Assembly (NCBI GenBank): GCA_016783425.1
Contig: JADHWP010000002.1
Span: forward strand, 1 to 44,227
Direction of reading: 5' to 3'
Source of the DNA: Candidatus Shapirobacteria bacterium
Lineage (GTDB): Bacteria; Patescibacteriota; Microgenomatia; UBA12405; BS750m-G30
DNA: 44,227 nt
Within the stretch, counting starts at the first letter, position 1. Each line of letters starts with the position of its first letter. This document shows, piece by piece, positions 7,219 through 16,710 of this stretch. Made by a program: the position numbers and the translations under genes. A model generated the notes under the pieces. That model made no database searches and had not been told where the DNA came from. It worked only from the letters and a program-made list of their open reading frames with translations.

Positions 7219-9498
7219 ATGGATAAAAGATATCAGCCTCAACTGTTTGAGCAGAAAATTTATAAAGAGTGGGAGAAAAAGGGCTTGTTTACGCCGAAAG
7301 TGGATAAAAAGAAAAAGCCCTTTACGATTCTTTTGCCCCTGCCTAATGCCAGCGATCCCATGCACGTGGGCCATGTAATGTTTGTCATTGAAGATATCAT
7401 GATTCGTTATCATAAAATGCTGGGCGAACCAACTCTTTGGCTGCCCGGGGGTGATCATGCCGGCATTGAAACCCAATTCGTTTTTGAGAAAAAATTGGCC
7501 AAAAAAGGAAAGAGCCGCTTTGACTATGACCGAAAAACTCTTTATCGGATGATTTGGAAGTTTGTGGAGAAAAATCGCAAGCTAAATATGTTTCAGATGA
7601 AAGAACTGGGGTTTGCTCTCGATTGGTCTCGCTATCACTATAGTTTGGAACCGAAAATAGTGGAGCAAATTTTAGCCACTTTCAAAAAACTTCACGATGA
7701 TAATTTAATTTATCGGGGAGAAAGAATTGTTAATTACTGCACCTATTGCGGCACCGCTTTTTCTGATCTGGAGGTTGATCATGTTGAAAAAGATGATTTT
7801 CTTTATTATCTTGATTACGAATCAGTTCAAATTGCCACTACCAGGCCGGAAACTATTTTTGCGGATGTGGCCGTAGCCGTTAATCCGAAAGACAAAAGAT
7901 ATAAAAAGTTAATAGGTAAGGAGGCCACTATTCCTTTAATTAATAAAAAAGTAAAAATTATTGCCGATGATTTGGTAGAAAAAGAGTTTGGCACGGGAGC
8001 TTTAAAAATTACTCCCGCTCATGATGCTCTTGATTTTGAAATTGGCCAAAAGCATCATTTACCCCTAATTACTTGCATTGAGTTTTTCGGAAAAATGATC
8101 AATACGATTAAAGAAATTGATGGCCTTTATCCCAAACAAGCGAGAAAAAAAACCCTTGAATTGCTTGAAAGATCGGGAAAGTTAGTTAAAACCGAGCCCT
8201 TGCGCCACACTATCGGCATTTGTTATCGCTGCAAAAACATTATTGAGCCTCTGCCCACTTCCCAGTGGTATGTTAAAACTAAAAAATTAGCTGAACCGGT
8301 AATTGATTCTGTTAAAAGCGGGGACACAAAGTTATTTCCGCCCCGATTTAAAAAAGTTTATTTAGACTGGATGGAGAATATTCGGGATTGGAATATTTCC
8401 CGCCAAATTGTTTGGGGGCCGCGAATTCCGGCCTGGTATTGTCTGGAGTGTAATCCCGAAATCAGGCTTACTTTTATTTCCAAAAGAGGGAAAAAAGTAA
8501 AAGGAAACTACTCCGGGATTTTCTCTAAATATTCTTTTAAAGAAATAGCCGGAGGCTTGCAGGAATTGAGCGCGCCGGTGGAAGCGGAGTATTTTTTGAA
8601 GGATAAAGGCGAGTGTCCTCGTTGTGGAGGAAGCGATTATTTGCAGGAAACAGACACTTTTGACACCTGGTTTTTATCAGGCCAGTGGCCCCTGACTACC
8701 CTGGGTTTTGATGTTAAAAACCCCATGAAAAGTTCAGAAGATTTTTTCTATTTTTACCCCACCAGCGTTCTGGATACTCTTTGGGATATTTTATTCTTCT
8801 GGGTCGGGCGAATGATGATTTTGGGTTTTTATTTGGCCAACAAAACTCCTTTTGAACTTATTCATCTGCACGCCAAGGTGGTAGATGAGCGGGGGCAAAA
8901 AATGAGCAAAAGCAAGGGTAATGTAGCTAATCCCAGCAAGATAGTCGAAAAGTATGGCGCTGACGCTTTGCGCATGGCTCTTGTTTACGGCATTGCTCCG
9001 GCTAGCAATATTGCTCTATCCGAGAAAAAGATTGAGGCGATGCGTAATTTCACCAACAAACTTTGGAATGCCTCAAGATTCATTTTAATGAATCTTGAAT
9101 CTTCAAACTTCAAACTTCAAACTTCAAAGCAGCTCCTAAAAGTGAAAAGCTTAAAAAATAAAGATGATCAGCAGATTTTGGCTGGTTTGGAAAAGTTGGT
9201 TGAGGAAGTTGATAAGAATTTAAAAAAATACCGTTTTGGCCAGGCCCTGGAAAAAATATACCAGTTTTTCTGGCATCAGTTTTGTGATGATTATTTAGAA
9301 AAAGTTAAAGAAAGGAGGGCGGAGGCTTTGCCGGTTTTACTGGAGGTTTTAGTAACTTGCCTTAAATTGCTTCATCCTTTTGCTCCGTTTGTCACCGAGG
9401 CAATTTACCAGACCTTTAAAGTGAAGCTTAAAAAACATTCTTTGTTTAAAGCGGATTATTTAATGGTATCTGTATGGCCTCAAAAAGATTCTGGCTAA
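7219..9498 (+). CDS. valS: Valine--tRNA ligase (compact form)
   Basis: Class I signatures are PNASDPMHVGH and KMSKSKGN. ValRS-like features include WLPGGDHAGIETQ and the editing-domain motifs TTRPETIFADVAVAVNP and GTGALKITPAHD. ATG 7219 (MDKRYQPQLFEQKIYKEW) is preferred over the TTG track start at 7201. Confidence 0.9.
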   Translation: MDKRYQPQLFEQKIYKEWEKKGLFTPKVDKKKKPFTILLPLPNASDPMHVGHVMFVIEDIMIRYHKMLGEPTLWLPGGDHAGIETQFVFEKKLAKKGKSRFDYDRKTLYRMIWKFVEKNRKLNMFQMKELGFALDWSRYHYSLEPKIVEQILATFKKLHDDNLIYRGERIVNYCTYCGTAFSDLEVDHVEKDDFLYYLDYESVQIATTRPETIFADVAVAVNPKDKRYKKLIGKEATIPLINKKVKIIADDLVEKEFGTGALKITPAHDALDFEIGQKHHLPLITCIEFFGKMINTIKEIDGLYPKQARKKTLELLERSGKLVKTEPLRHTIGICYRCKNIIEPLPTSQWYVKTKKLAEPVIDSVKSGDTKLFPPRFKKVYLDWMENIRDWNISRQIVWGPRIPAWYCLECNPEIRLTFISKRGKKVKGNYSGIFSKYSFKEIAGGLQELSAPVEAEYFLKDKGECPRCGGSDYLQETDTFDTWFLSGQWPLTTLGFDVKNPMKSSEDFFYFYPTSVLDTLWDILFFWVGRMMILGFYLANKTPFELIHLHAKVVDERGQKMSKSKGNVANPSKIVEKYGADALRMALVYGIAPASNIALSEKKIEAMRNFTNKLWNASRFILMNLESSNFKLQTSKQLLKVKSLKNKDDQQILAGLEKLVEEVDKNLKKYRFGQALEKIYQFFWHQFCDDYLEKVKERRAEALPVLLEVLVTCLKLLHPFAPFVTEAIYQTFKVKLKKHSLFKADYLMVSVWPQKDSG
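9101..9128 (+). repeat. Tandem heptamer (CTTCAAA)x4 inside valS
   Basis: cttcaaacttcaaacttcaaacttcaaa, preceded by a degenerate copy cttgaat. It translates as ...SSNFKLQTSK.... Confidence 0.9.
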
Positions 9499-9968
9499 TT
9501 ATTACTGTTGTTTTTTCCCTTCTTTTTATCCTGGGTATTTCTTCAGGGGGTGAGTGCCGGATTATTGGCTGGCGCGCGCTGAAAGAAAAAGATAATTTGA
9601 ATTTGCAGCTTAAAATGGCCGGTTGTTTTTTGGAAAACAAAGAATTTGGTAAAACAGAAGAAAAATTAGAAGAGGTTAATAATTTAGTTAAAGCGGATGA
9701 TCTTTTTTTAAGCGAGCAAATAGCCGTTTATGAAGCCAGATTAAGAGCGGCTGATTCCCAAAAAAGGCAAAAGGAAATCTTGTTTTGGAAACAAAGGGTG
9801 GTTGCCAACCCCCCTTATCCGGACGCGTGGGCGAGCTTGGGACTTTTGTGGCGCCAGCAGGGAGAAGAGCAAAAGTCGCGCTTAAGCTTAAAAAAAGCCT
9901 GTAGCCTAGCGCCGGGAAGAGAAGATATAGTTTTAATCGCCAACCAGCTAGGTTTTTTGTGCCAGTAA
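9474..9968 (+). CDS. Membrane-anchored TPR-like protein
   Basis: Has the N-terminal anchor WLIITVVFSLLFILGI. The C-terminal YPDAWASLGLLWRQQGEEQKSRLSLKKACSLAP is TPR-like. It overlaps the valS end by 25 nt. Confidence 0.5.
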   Translation: MASKRFWLIITVVFSLLFILGISSGGECRIIGWRALKEKDNLNLQLKMAGCFLENKEFGKTEEKLEEVNNLVKADDLFLSEQIAVYEARLRAADSQKRQKEILFWKQRVVANPPYPDAWASLGLLWRQQGEEQKSRLSLKKACSLAPGREDIVLIANQLGFLCQ

Positions 9969-10227
9969 TATTTGACAAGATGAAAACAAAAAGTAAAACT
10001 AAAAAGTTACCAATTTGGAAGTTGAATAAAATTGTTATCGGTAAGAATAAGGGTAAAAAGTTAAACAAGGACGATCAATTAATTTATAGATAAATAAACT
10101 ATCGAGAATTAAAAGTCTTTTTTTATCACTGCCCTAATTTTATTTTAGCATAGCCTAAGTTTTCTTAGCTGACGAACCACTCTCTGGAGTAGAGGTTCCA
10201 ACATAGCCCACTAGGGCCTGCATGGGT

Positions 10228-10530
10228 CTACAAAGTGGCCTTAATTTTGTCGTTGCTATATTGGTGTAAAATGCTGGCGGCTAGGGTTTGATAAGGAAGG
10301 CCGTTTTCGGCTGCTTTTGTTTTTAATTTTTCTAGGTCCCTGATATTTAGGCGGATATTAATATTTTTTAATTTAGCCAGAGTGTTTTTAGCCGATTGTT
10401 TATAAAGTTTTTTAAAACTATTAAGATCATCGGCCACTTCATACTTGCCGCTTTCGACGGCTTTTTCAATTTCTTTTTCTTCTGCAGTTAGTTTTAAATT
10501 CCTAAAAGGATTTTTACTTACTTTGTTCAT
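10228..10530 (-). CDS. brnA: BrnA/CopG-type antitoxin
   Basis: 100 aa. The NINIRLNIRDLEKLKTKAAENGLPYQTLAASILHQY ribbon-helix-helix tail is typical of BrnA-like antitoxins. It lies 3 nt downstream of the toxin gene. Confidence 0.7.
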   Translation of the reverse strand: MNKVSKNPFRNLKLTAEEKEIEKAVESGKYEVADDLNSFKKLYKQSAKNTLAKLKNINIRLNIRDLEKLKTKAAENGLPYQTLAASILHQYSNDKIKATL

Positions 10531-10533
10531 TTT

Positions 10534-10821
10534 TTATTTTCTCCTTTCTTCTAAATATATTTTAGTAAATTTGCGGCTGGGAAAAATAGTTTTTAAGAAT
10601 ATTTTGCTTTTAGTTTCAATACAGGGGATCAGATAAGCGTATTCTTCAATTTCTACTATTAATATTTTTTGATTGAGATATTTCTTTTGATTTGGATGTT
10701 TAATAGCTGTAATTAATTGATTACTTTTAATTGCTTCAACCACCTGTTCGAAAGAAACCCCTCTAGTTTTTTTTAAAAGAGCATTTTTTTCATTACTCCA
10801 ATCAAATATTTTTTCTTTCAC
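10534..10821 (-). CDS. brnT: BrnT-type (DUF497) toxin
   Basis: Contains FDWSNEKNALLKKTRGVSFEQVVEAI. The track TTG at 10857 is actually the -35 of a promoter, not a start codon. Read on the minus strand, the promoter is TTGACA (10857-10852), 17 nt, TAAAAT (10834-10829), then 7 nt to GTG 10821. The mRNA is therefore probably leaderless. Confidence 0.7.
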   Translation of the reverse strand: MKEKIFDWSNEKNALLKKTRGVSFEQVVEAIKSNQLITAIKHPNQKKYLNQKILIVEIEEYAYLIPCIETKSKIFLKTIFPSRKFTKIYLEERRK

Positions 10822-11011
10822 CGCCAATATTTTATGACAAAGAATACTACTTGTCAAGAGACAATTTAAAAATACTGGGATAGTTTCACGTTTATTGAGG
10901 CTTGAGAAATTGGTTGAGTAATCTCTTCCAGTCCGAAAAAAGTTGATATTATATATAGTAATTTGTTATAGTATATAAAGTTGTTAATTTAAAATTGGGA
11001 GTTTAATAAAA

Positions 11012-11662
11012 ATGACTGAAAGAGCTAAAAGAATTGGCGAGGTAGTAGAAATTCGTAATGTTTCTCTTGTGGCGGGAAGGTCTGAACTAAAAGCTTTGCC
11101 GACTGATGTTACCCTTTTTCTACAAGTTTTTAAAGGGGCAGTCTTGGCAGATGAAGTTGAGGGTTTTGAAGTTTCCGAATGTTTAATTAATAGAGCTTTA
11201 CAAATTGAGCTTTCTCCGGACAAAAGGGTCCGTTTAGGGGTAACTGACGGCCGTTCTTCTAAACATGTAGTTTTTTTATCTCTCGAAACAGGGAGAGAGG
11301 GACTTACTTGGCTTCCTTTAGTACGCGTTTTTGCTCATCTAGAGAATGGAAAAAGAAAAGACAGAGAGGTCATTTGTTGGGCGGTTAAACAATCAGGCAG
11401 GGATAGAACTGCTATGCAGACAATTTATTCAGAAGCAAGTCAAAAAAGAAGGGTTTGCTCTCATCAAGTAGTGGGAAGATTAGCTTCGGCTTGGCAGTCT
11501 TTTTTATCAACAGGCAATCTTTTACCTTATAGCCAGATGAGAGGGCAAGTAGATGTAAGCGAAGTAGCTAGGGCTCTTTTTACTTCTTTTTCTGATCTTG
11601 TAGAGCAAGGAAGCGGAGAGGTTGAAATTCCTACCCATTTGCTTTTAAAACCCCAAGAATAA
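11012..11662 (+). CDS. Hypothetical protein (no recognisable family)
   Basis: 216 aa with a coding-like composition and TGTTATAGT upstream at about 10964-10972. I recognise no motif. Confidence 0.45.
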   Translation: MTERAKRIGEVVEIRNVSLVAGRSELKALPTDVTLFLQVFKGAVLADEVEGFEVSECLINRALQIELSPDKRVRLGVTDGRSSKHVVFLSLETGREGLTWLPLVRVFAHLENGKRKDREVICWAVKQSGRDRTAMQTIYSEASQKRRVCSHQVVGRLASAWQSFLSTGNLLPYSQMRGQVDVSEVARALFTSFSDLVEQGSGEVEIPTHLLLKPQE

Positions 11663-11709
11663 TAACTCTTCTTTCGGAGAGCTGAAAGTAGTGTTATAAT
11701 TTCTTCGTC

Positions 11710-12753
11710 GTGAAAAAAATCAAAAAACTGATTGTTTCTAAAAAGTGGTGGGTGGTTGTTATTCTGATTTTGCTTTTGGGGGTTGGTTTGGTTTTGAGAA
11801 AAAGAAGTGAAGATATCGCGGAGGAAAAAAACAAAACCGAATTGGTTAAGGTCAAGCGGGGGGATCTTCAAAGGGCGGTGGTTTTGTCCGGGCAGGTTGA
11901 GGCAAGAGAGAAAGCTAATTTGCGTTTTCAAACCTCGGGTCTGCTTTCCTGGGTGGGAGTCAAAAAGGGCGATTGGGTAAAAGAATACCAGGTTCTGGCT
12001 TCTCTGGACAAACAGGAGCTGCAAAAAACCTTTCAAAAAGAAATGTATGATTATGTCAACGAAAGGCATGATTTTGAACAGGGCGAGGATGATTACGAAC
12101 ATACCGAGCGCTGGTTTGAGTTATCTGATGAGGTCAAAAGGATTTTGCAAAAAAATCAGAACGATTTAAGCAGAGCGGTTTTGGATGTAGAGTTGGCTGA
12201 TTTGGCGGTAAAATATGCGACCTTGGTAACCCCAATAGAGGGGCTGGTTACTTCAGTTGACACTCCTTATGCGGGGGTAAACATCACTCCGGCCACGGCC
12301 GAATTTCAAGTAGTTAACCCTTACAGTATTTATTTTTCCGCTCAAGCGGACGAGGAGGAAGTGGTGGGGTTGGGGCCGGGAATGGCGGCGGCGGTCTCTT
12401 TGGATGCCTATCCGGATCGGGAATTTTTCGGGACGATTGAAAGGGTGGCGTTTACTCCGGTAAGCGCCGGGACCAGTCCCAACTATGAAGTTGAGGTAAG
12501 TTTCGGGGATTATGATAATCAGGATTTAGGTTTGCGCTTAGGGATGGAGGGGGAGGCGGAAATAATTCTTTTTTCGCGGGAAAATGTTTTAGTTATTCCG
12601 GTTGAAGCTTTGCGGGGAAATAATGAAGATTGGGTTTATGTCATGGTTAACGGCGAAAAGGAAAAGCGGGAGATTGTTAAAGGCTTGGAGACTGAAGATG
12701 AGGTGGAGATAGTCTCGGGTTTGATTGAGGGTGAGCTGGTTTTGGTGGAGTAA
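11710..12753 (+). CDS. Efflux adaptor subunit (HlyD/MacA-like)
   Basis: Has a signal anchor, then GDLQRAVVLSGQVEAREKANLRFQTSGLLSWVGVKKGDWVKEYQVLASLD (lipoyl-like), a coiled coil and a beta-barrel. Extended -10 TGTTATAAT at 11692-11700 lies 9 nt before the GTG. Confidence 0.8.
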   Translation: MKKIKKLIVSKKWWVVVILILLLGVGLVLRKRSEDIAEEKNKTELVKVKRGDLQRAVVLSGQVEAREKANLRFQTSGLLSWVGVKKGDWVKEYQVLASLDKQELQKTFQKEMYDYVNERHDFEQGEDDYEHTERWFELSDEVKRILQKNQNDLSRAVLDVELADLAVKYATLVTPIEGLVTSVDTPYAGVNITPATAEFQVVNPYSIYFSAQADEEEVVGLGPGMAAAVSLDAYPDREFFGTIERVAFTPVSAGTSPNYEVEVSFGDYDNQDLGLRLGMEGEAEIILFSRENVLVIPVEALRGNNEDWVYVMVNGEKEKREIVKGLETEDEVEIVSGLIEGELVLVE

Positions 12754-12754
12754 G

Positions 12755-13456
12755 ATGAGCAAGAAAAACCCCCTGATGTCTTTAGCTAAAATAGCCAAGC
12801 ATTATTATTTAGATGAGGTAGTGGTTAAAGCTTTAGATGGGGTGAGTTTGGATATTAACCAGGGGGATTTGGTGACTATTGTCGGAACTTCAGGTTCAGG
12901 CAAGTCCACCTTGCTGCACATGCTGGGCTTGTTGGATCGGCCCTCAAGCGGAAAAATTGTTTATCTTGGGAAAAATACCAGGAATCTTACTGATGAACAG
13001 TTGGCCAGGTTGCGAAACGAAACCCTAGGCTTTGTTTTCCAATCCTTTAATTTGCTTTCGCGCACTTCCGCTTTAGATAACGTTTTGCTTCCTGTTTGGT
13101 ATCATGATTCTCTGACCTTTCCTCAAGCCAAAAAAAGAGCGGGAAAGTTATTTGCCGAATTTGGGATGAGCCAAAGGGCGGATCATTTTTCCAATCAGCT
13201 TTCAGGGGGAGAGCAGCAACGGGTAGCGATTATGCGCTCCTTACTTACTGATCCTAAAATTATTTTTGCGGATGAACCGACCGGGAATTTGGACTCTAAA
13301 ACCGGCCGGGAGATTATTAATATTTTGTTGGATTTAAATCAGAAACAAGGAAAAACTTTGGTTTTGGTCACCCACGATTTAGATTTAGCCAAATTGGGTA
13401 AAAAAAGAATTTATTTAAAAGACGGGAAGATTTTAAAGATGGAGGAGGGCAGGTGA
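12755..13456 (+). CDS. ABC transporter ATP-binding protein (MacB/LolD-type)
   Basis: Walker [10 protein letters not shown], signature [11 protein letters not shown] and Walker [16 protein letters not shown] 12755 lies 1 nt after the adaptor gene stop. Confidence 0.9.
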   Translation: MSKKNPLMSLAKIAKHYYLDEVVVKALDGVSLDINQGDLVTIVGTSGSGKSTLLHMLGLLDRPSSGKIVYLGKNTRNLTDEQLARLRNETLGFVFQSFNLLSRTSALDNVLLPVWYHDSLTFPQAKKRAGKLFAEFGMSQRADHFSNQLSGGEQQRVAIMRSLLTDPKIIFADEPTGNLDSKTGREIINILLDLNQKQGKTLVLVTHDLDLAKLGKKRIYLKDGKILKMEEGR

Positions 13457-14655
13457 AATTAGCCAAGCTTGGTTTTTTTAAGGTGGCCCTGGAGCAGTTA
13501 AGGCGGAATAAATTGCGTTCATTTTTAACCATGCTGGGGATGATTATTGGCGTTTCTTCGGTTATTTTACTTATTAGCATTGGCAGTGGCTTAAAAGCTT
13601 ATATTAACGAGCAGTTTGAAGATTTAGGCAGTAATATTGTTTACGTGATGCCGGTAGCCGAAGCCCAGCTTCGCGGCCAGGGGGGCGGTTTTTCTCCGGG
13701 AGCGACCACTACTTTTGATCAGGCGGATTTGGCGGATTTGGAACGCCTTAAATTAGCGGATCTGGTGGTGCCGATGGCTAATTTTTCCGCCCTGGCGGCT
13801 TATAAAAGCGAGGAGTTTTTGGCCCAGGGATTGGGTTGTACCGTGGATATTGCGGAAAGTATGAATTTAAAGTTTGAGTACGGCCGGTTTTTTACCAAAT
13901 CCGAAGAAAGCCGGGGGAAAAGCATCGTGGTTTTGGCCGGAAAAGTAAAAGAAGAGCTTTTTGGAGAAAGTAATCCGGTGGGGAAAAAAATTAAGGTGGA
14001 GGGAGAAGTTTTTGAAGTGGTGGGGAGTGTGGCCAAAAAAGGCGGAGGATTGGGCAATGATATTGACAGTCATGTTTATTTGCCTTATAAAACTGTTTGG
14101 AGATTGTTGGGGAAAAAAGAGTTTCATTTTTTTACGGTTAGCGCCAAAAGTCAGGAAGAAATTCCGGAGCTGAAAAATGAAATTGAAAAAGCGCTGCTTA
14201 AGAATTACGAAGAGGATGATTTTTCGGTAGTGGATCAGGCGGATTTGCTTTCCACTATTGGCAATATTTTAAATATTCTAACGGCGGGGCTGGCGGGAAT
14301 TGCCGCGATTTCTTTAGTGGTAGGCGGGGTGGGGATTATGAATATTATGTTTGTTTCCGTGACCGAGCGGATTAAAGAAATTGGTTTGCGCAAAGCGGTC
14401 GGGGCAACTTCCAGTGATATTCTCTGGCAGTTTTTATTGGAATCGGTGGTAGTGGCGGTGGTGGGCGGGTTAATTGGGGTTGTTTTCAGCTGGCTGCTCA
14501 CCCTGGTGATAAATAAATTTTTCCCGGCCCAGGTTACTTTATGGTCGGTAGTATTAGCCTTTGGAGTTTCTTCGTTAATCGGGGTTGTTTTTGGGGTCGT
14601 GCCCGCCCGTCGCGCGGCCGCTTTATCCCCGATTGAGGCCTTAAGATATGAGTAA
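13453..14655 (+). CDS. ABC transporter permease (MacB/FtsX-type)
   Basis: 400 aa with TM1, a large extracytoplasmic MacB-like domain and a C-terminal FtsX 3-TM bundle (ERIKEIGLRKAVGA). It overlaps the ATPase gene by 4 nt. Confidence 0.85.
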   Translation: MKLAKLGFFKVALEQLRRNKLRSFLTMLGMIIGVSSVILLISIGSGLKAYINEQFEDLGSNIVYVMPVAEAQLRGQGGGFSPGATTTFDQADLADLERLKLADLVVPMANFSALAAYKSEEFLAQGLGCTVDIAESMNLKFEYGRFFTKSEESRGKSIVVLAGKVKEELFGESNPVGKKIKVEGEVFEVVGSVAKKGGGLGNDIDSHVYLPYKTVWRLLGKKEFHFFTVSAKSQEEIPELKNEIEKALLKNYEEDDFSVVDQADLLSTIGNILNILTAGLAGIAAISLVVGGVGIMNIMFVSVTERIKEIGLRKAVGATSSDILWQFLLESVVVAVVGGLIGVVFSWLLTLVINKFFPAQVTLWSVVLAFGVSSLIGVVFGVVPARRAAALSPIEALRYE

Positions 14656-15400
14656 AACTCTAATTACTCGAACCAAAAAGTGGTTAAAACAAAGGGGAAT
14701 TGAGTGGGTTATTTGGGATCTGGATGATACTTTACTTGAGACTTATGAATTGTTTGTTGCCAAGATTGATAAGTTTTATAAATCAGTTTGTGGCCGGCTT
14801 CCATCAGGTTTAAGCCAAGAAGATTTTCGAAAAATAATTTACAAGATTATTGCTAGAGTTCGCAAAAGGCGGTCAGTTAATCCAATCTTTTGGCAAGATG
14901 TGATAGAGCAGTTAGCAAATAAATACCCCGATGTTGAGCCTAATGTTTTCTCTGATAATTTATCAGTGTTGCTGGAAGTTTATCAGGAGGCATCTGCCTT
15001 AGTGCCAAATGCTTTAGAGGTTTTAAAAATTTTTAGAAAGACAAAGATAAAAATGGCAGTTTTGACTCATGCTTCTCAAGAGTGGACGGATATTAAATTG
15101 AAAACTCATGGTTTGAGCAAGTTTTTTAAAGATGTTTTTACCGCCAGCATTGATGATTTTAAAGGGACGAAACATTGGCAAGAGGCAATTGCTTCACTAG
15201 GAGTTGACCCCAAAAAAGTATTGGTGGTTGGGGATAGTGTTGAGGGGGATATTAGGGCTGCTCGAAAAGCGGGAGTCAAGCATCTTGTTTACGTTGGGAG
15301 CTCTTGGGATTTACATGCCCGGGGAGAAATGCCTGAAAGAGTAATTGAGGTGGAAAACTTGGAGGGAATATTTGGTATTTTTTCAGAACAAGAAATTTAG
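14648..15400 (+). CDS. HAD-superfamily hydrolase
   Basis: Motif I is WDLDDTLLET and motif IV is VVGDSVEGDIRAARKAG. Confidence 0.7.
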   Translation: MSKTLITRTKKWLKQRGIEWVIWDLDDTLLETYELFVAKIDKFYKSVCGRLPSGLSQEDFRKIIYKIIARVRKRRSVNPIFWQDVIEQLANKYPDVEPNVFSDNLSVLLEVYQEASALVPNALEVLKIFRKTKIKMAVLTHASQEWTDIKLKTHGLSKFFKDVFTASIDDFKGTKHWQEAIASLGVDPKKVLVVGDSVEGDIRAARKAGVKHLVYVGSSWDLHARGEMPERVIEVENLEGIFGIFSEQEI

Positions 15401-15455
15401 TACAATAGGAGGATAATTAAGTGTTTAAAATATATTTTTTAAAGGAGGATTATTA

Positions 15456-15788
15456 ATGGGAGTTTTAACTTTAAACGATAAGAATTTTAAAAAGGAAGTT
15501 TTGGAAGACAAGGGAGTGGTAGTGGTTGATTTTTGGGCGCCGTGGTGCGGGCCCTGCCAAATTATGGGGCCGATTTCGGAGGAGTTTGCCAGTAAAATGG
15601 AAGGTAGAGTAAAAGTGGGAAAGCTCAACATTGATGAGGGAGGTTTGGTAGCTGGTAAATATAAAGTTATGAGCATTCCTACTTTGATTATTTTTAAAAA
15701 CGGAGAGGCTAAAAAGCAGTTAGTGGGAGTTCAGCCCAAAGATATTTTAGCGAAGGAAGTTAAACCTTTTTTAGTAAAAAATGAGTGA
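15456..15788 (+). CDS. trxA: Thioredoxin
   Basis: Contains VVDFWAPWCGPCQ and SIPTLIIFKNGE, with an AGGAGG ribosome-binding site 7 nt upstream. Confidence 0.9.
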   Translation: MGVLTLNDKNFKKEVLEDKGVVVVDFWAPWCGPCQIMGPISEEFASKMEGRVKVGKLNIDEGGLVAGKYKVMSIPTLIIFKNGEAKKQLVGVQPKDILAKEVKPFLVKNE

Positions 15789-16710
15789 GATTTATGATCT
15801 GGTTATTGTCGGCGGCGGGCCGGCGGGTTTAACCGCCGCTATTTACGCTACCCGCTATCAGTTAAAAACCCTGGTTTTAGCAACTGTTTTTGGCGGTACC
15901 GCCGCGCAAGCCCACAAAATTTGTAATTTTCCTTCTTATAAAAGCATTAAGGGATTTGAATTGATGGAGAAAATGAGAATTCACGCTCAAGATTCCGGAG
16001 CGGAAATGAAAATGGCCACTGTTAAAAGGATAGAAAAAAAAGGAGAGAAATTTAAGATTTTAGTGGGTTCAGAAGAATATTTAGCCAAAACCATAGTTTT
16101 GGCTTTGGGAATGAAGCATCGGCAGTTGGGCTTATCTAATGAGAGCAAGTATTTAGGCAGGGGTTTGTCATATTGCTTTACCTGTGATGGAAGTTTTTTT
16201 AAAAATAGAGTGGTGGCGGTAGTTGGGGGCTCCAATGCGGCGGTGACGGCTGTTTTATATTTTGCCGAAATTTGTCCCAAGGTTTATTTAATTTATCGCA
16301 AAAATAAACTTCGGGCCGAACCGGTTTGGACTAATCTTTTGGCAAAAAAGAAAAATGTGGAGATTGTTTATGATACTAATGTGATAGGGCTTTCGGGTGA
16401 GAGTAAATTAGAGAAAATAAAATTGGATAAAAATTATCAAAATAAAAGAGAAATTGTTACTGACGGGCTTTTTATTGAAATTGGTGGAGAACCAACTCGT
16501 AAATTGATTCAATTGCTGGCAGTAGAAATTGATGAACAGGGGTTTGCGAAAATTAATTCTGGTGGTGAAACTAATATTCAAGGTGTTTGGGCCGCCGGTG
16601 ATATGACAGTGGCTTCAGACGGTTTTCGCCAGATTATTACCGCTTGCGCCCAGGGGGCAGTTGCCGCCCAGAGTGTTTTTAAATATTTACAAAGAGAGAA
16701 AAAGAAATGA
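15781..16710 (+). CDS. trxB: Thioredoxin-disulfide reductase
   Basis: Contains VIVGGGPAGLTAAIYA, the redox-active CFTCDG, GGSNAAV and AAGDMT. It overlaps trxA by 8 nt. Confidence 0.85.
   Translation: MSEIYDLVIVGGGPAGLTAAIYATRYQLKTLVLATVFGGTAAQAHKICNFPSYKSIKGFELMEKMRIHAQDSGAEMKMATVKRIEKKGEKFKILVGSEEYLAKTIVLALGMKHRQLGLSNESKYLGRGLSYCFTCDGSFFKNRVVAVVGGSNAAVTAVLYFAEICPKVYLIYRKNKLRAEPVWTNLLAKKKNVEIVYDTNVIGLSGESKLEKIKLDKNYQNKREIVTDGLFIEIGGEPTRKLIQLLAVEIDEQGFAKINSGGETNIQGVWAAGDMTVASDGFRQIITACAQGAVAAQSVFKYLQREKKK

Noticed and set aside
9980-10093. 37-aa very basic ORF (MKTKSKTKKLPIWKLNKIVIGKNKGKKLNKDDQLIYR) after the TPR gene
   Set aside because: It has no ribosome-binding site and is AT-rich lysine-codon sequence that arises easily by chance. 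It cannot be supported without conservation data.
11527-12102. 191-aa minus-strand ORF
   Set aside because: It is antisense to the end of the 216-aa ORF and the start of the HlyD-like gene, and its translation is low-complexity (poly-N/Q/F).
13800-14501. Several 70-88-aa ORFs on both strands inside the permease gene
   Set aside because: They overlap a well-supported FtsX/MacB permease. They are P/S/T-rich antisense artefacts of a relatively GC-rich gene.
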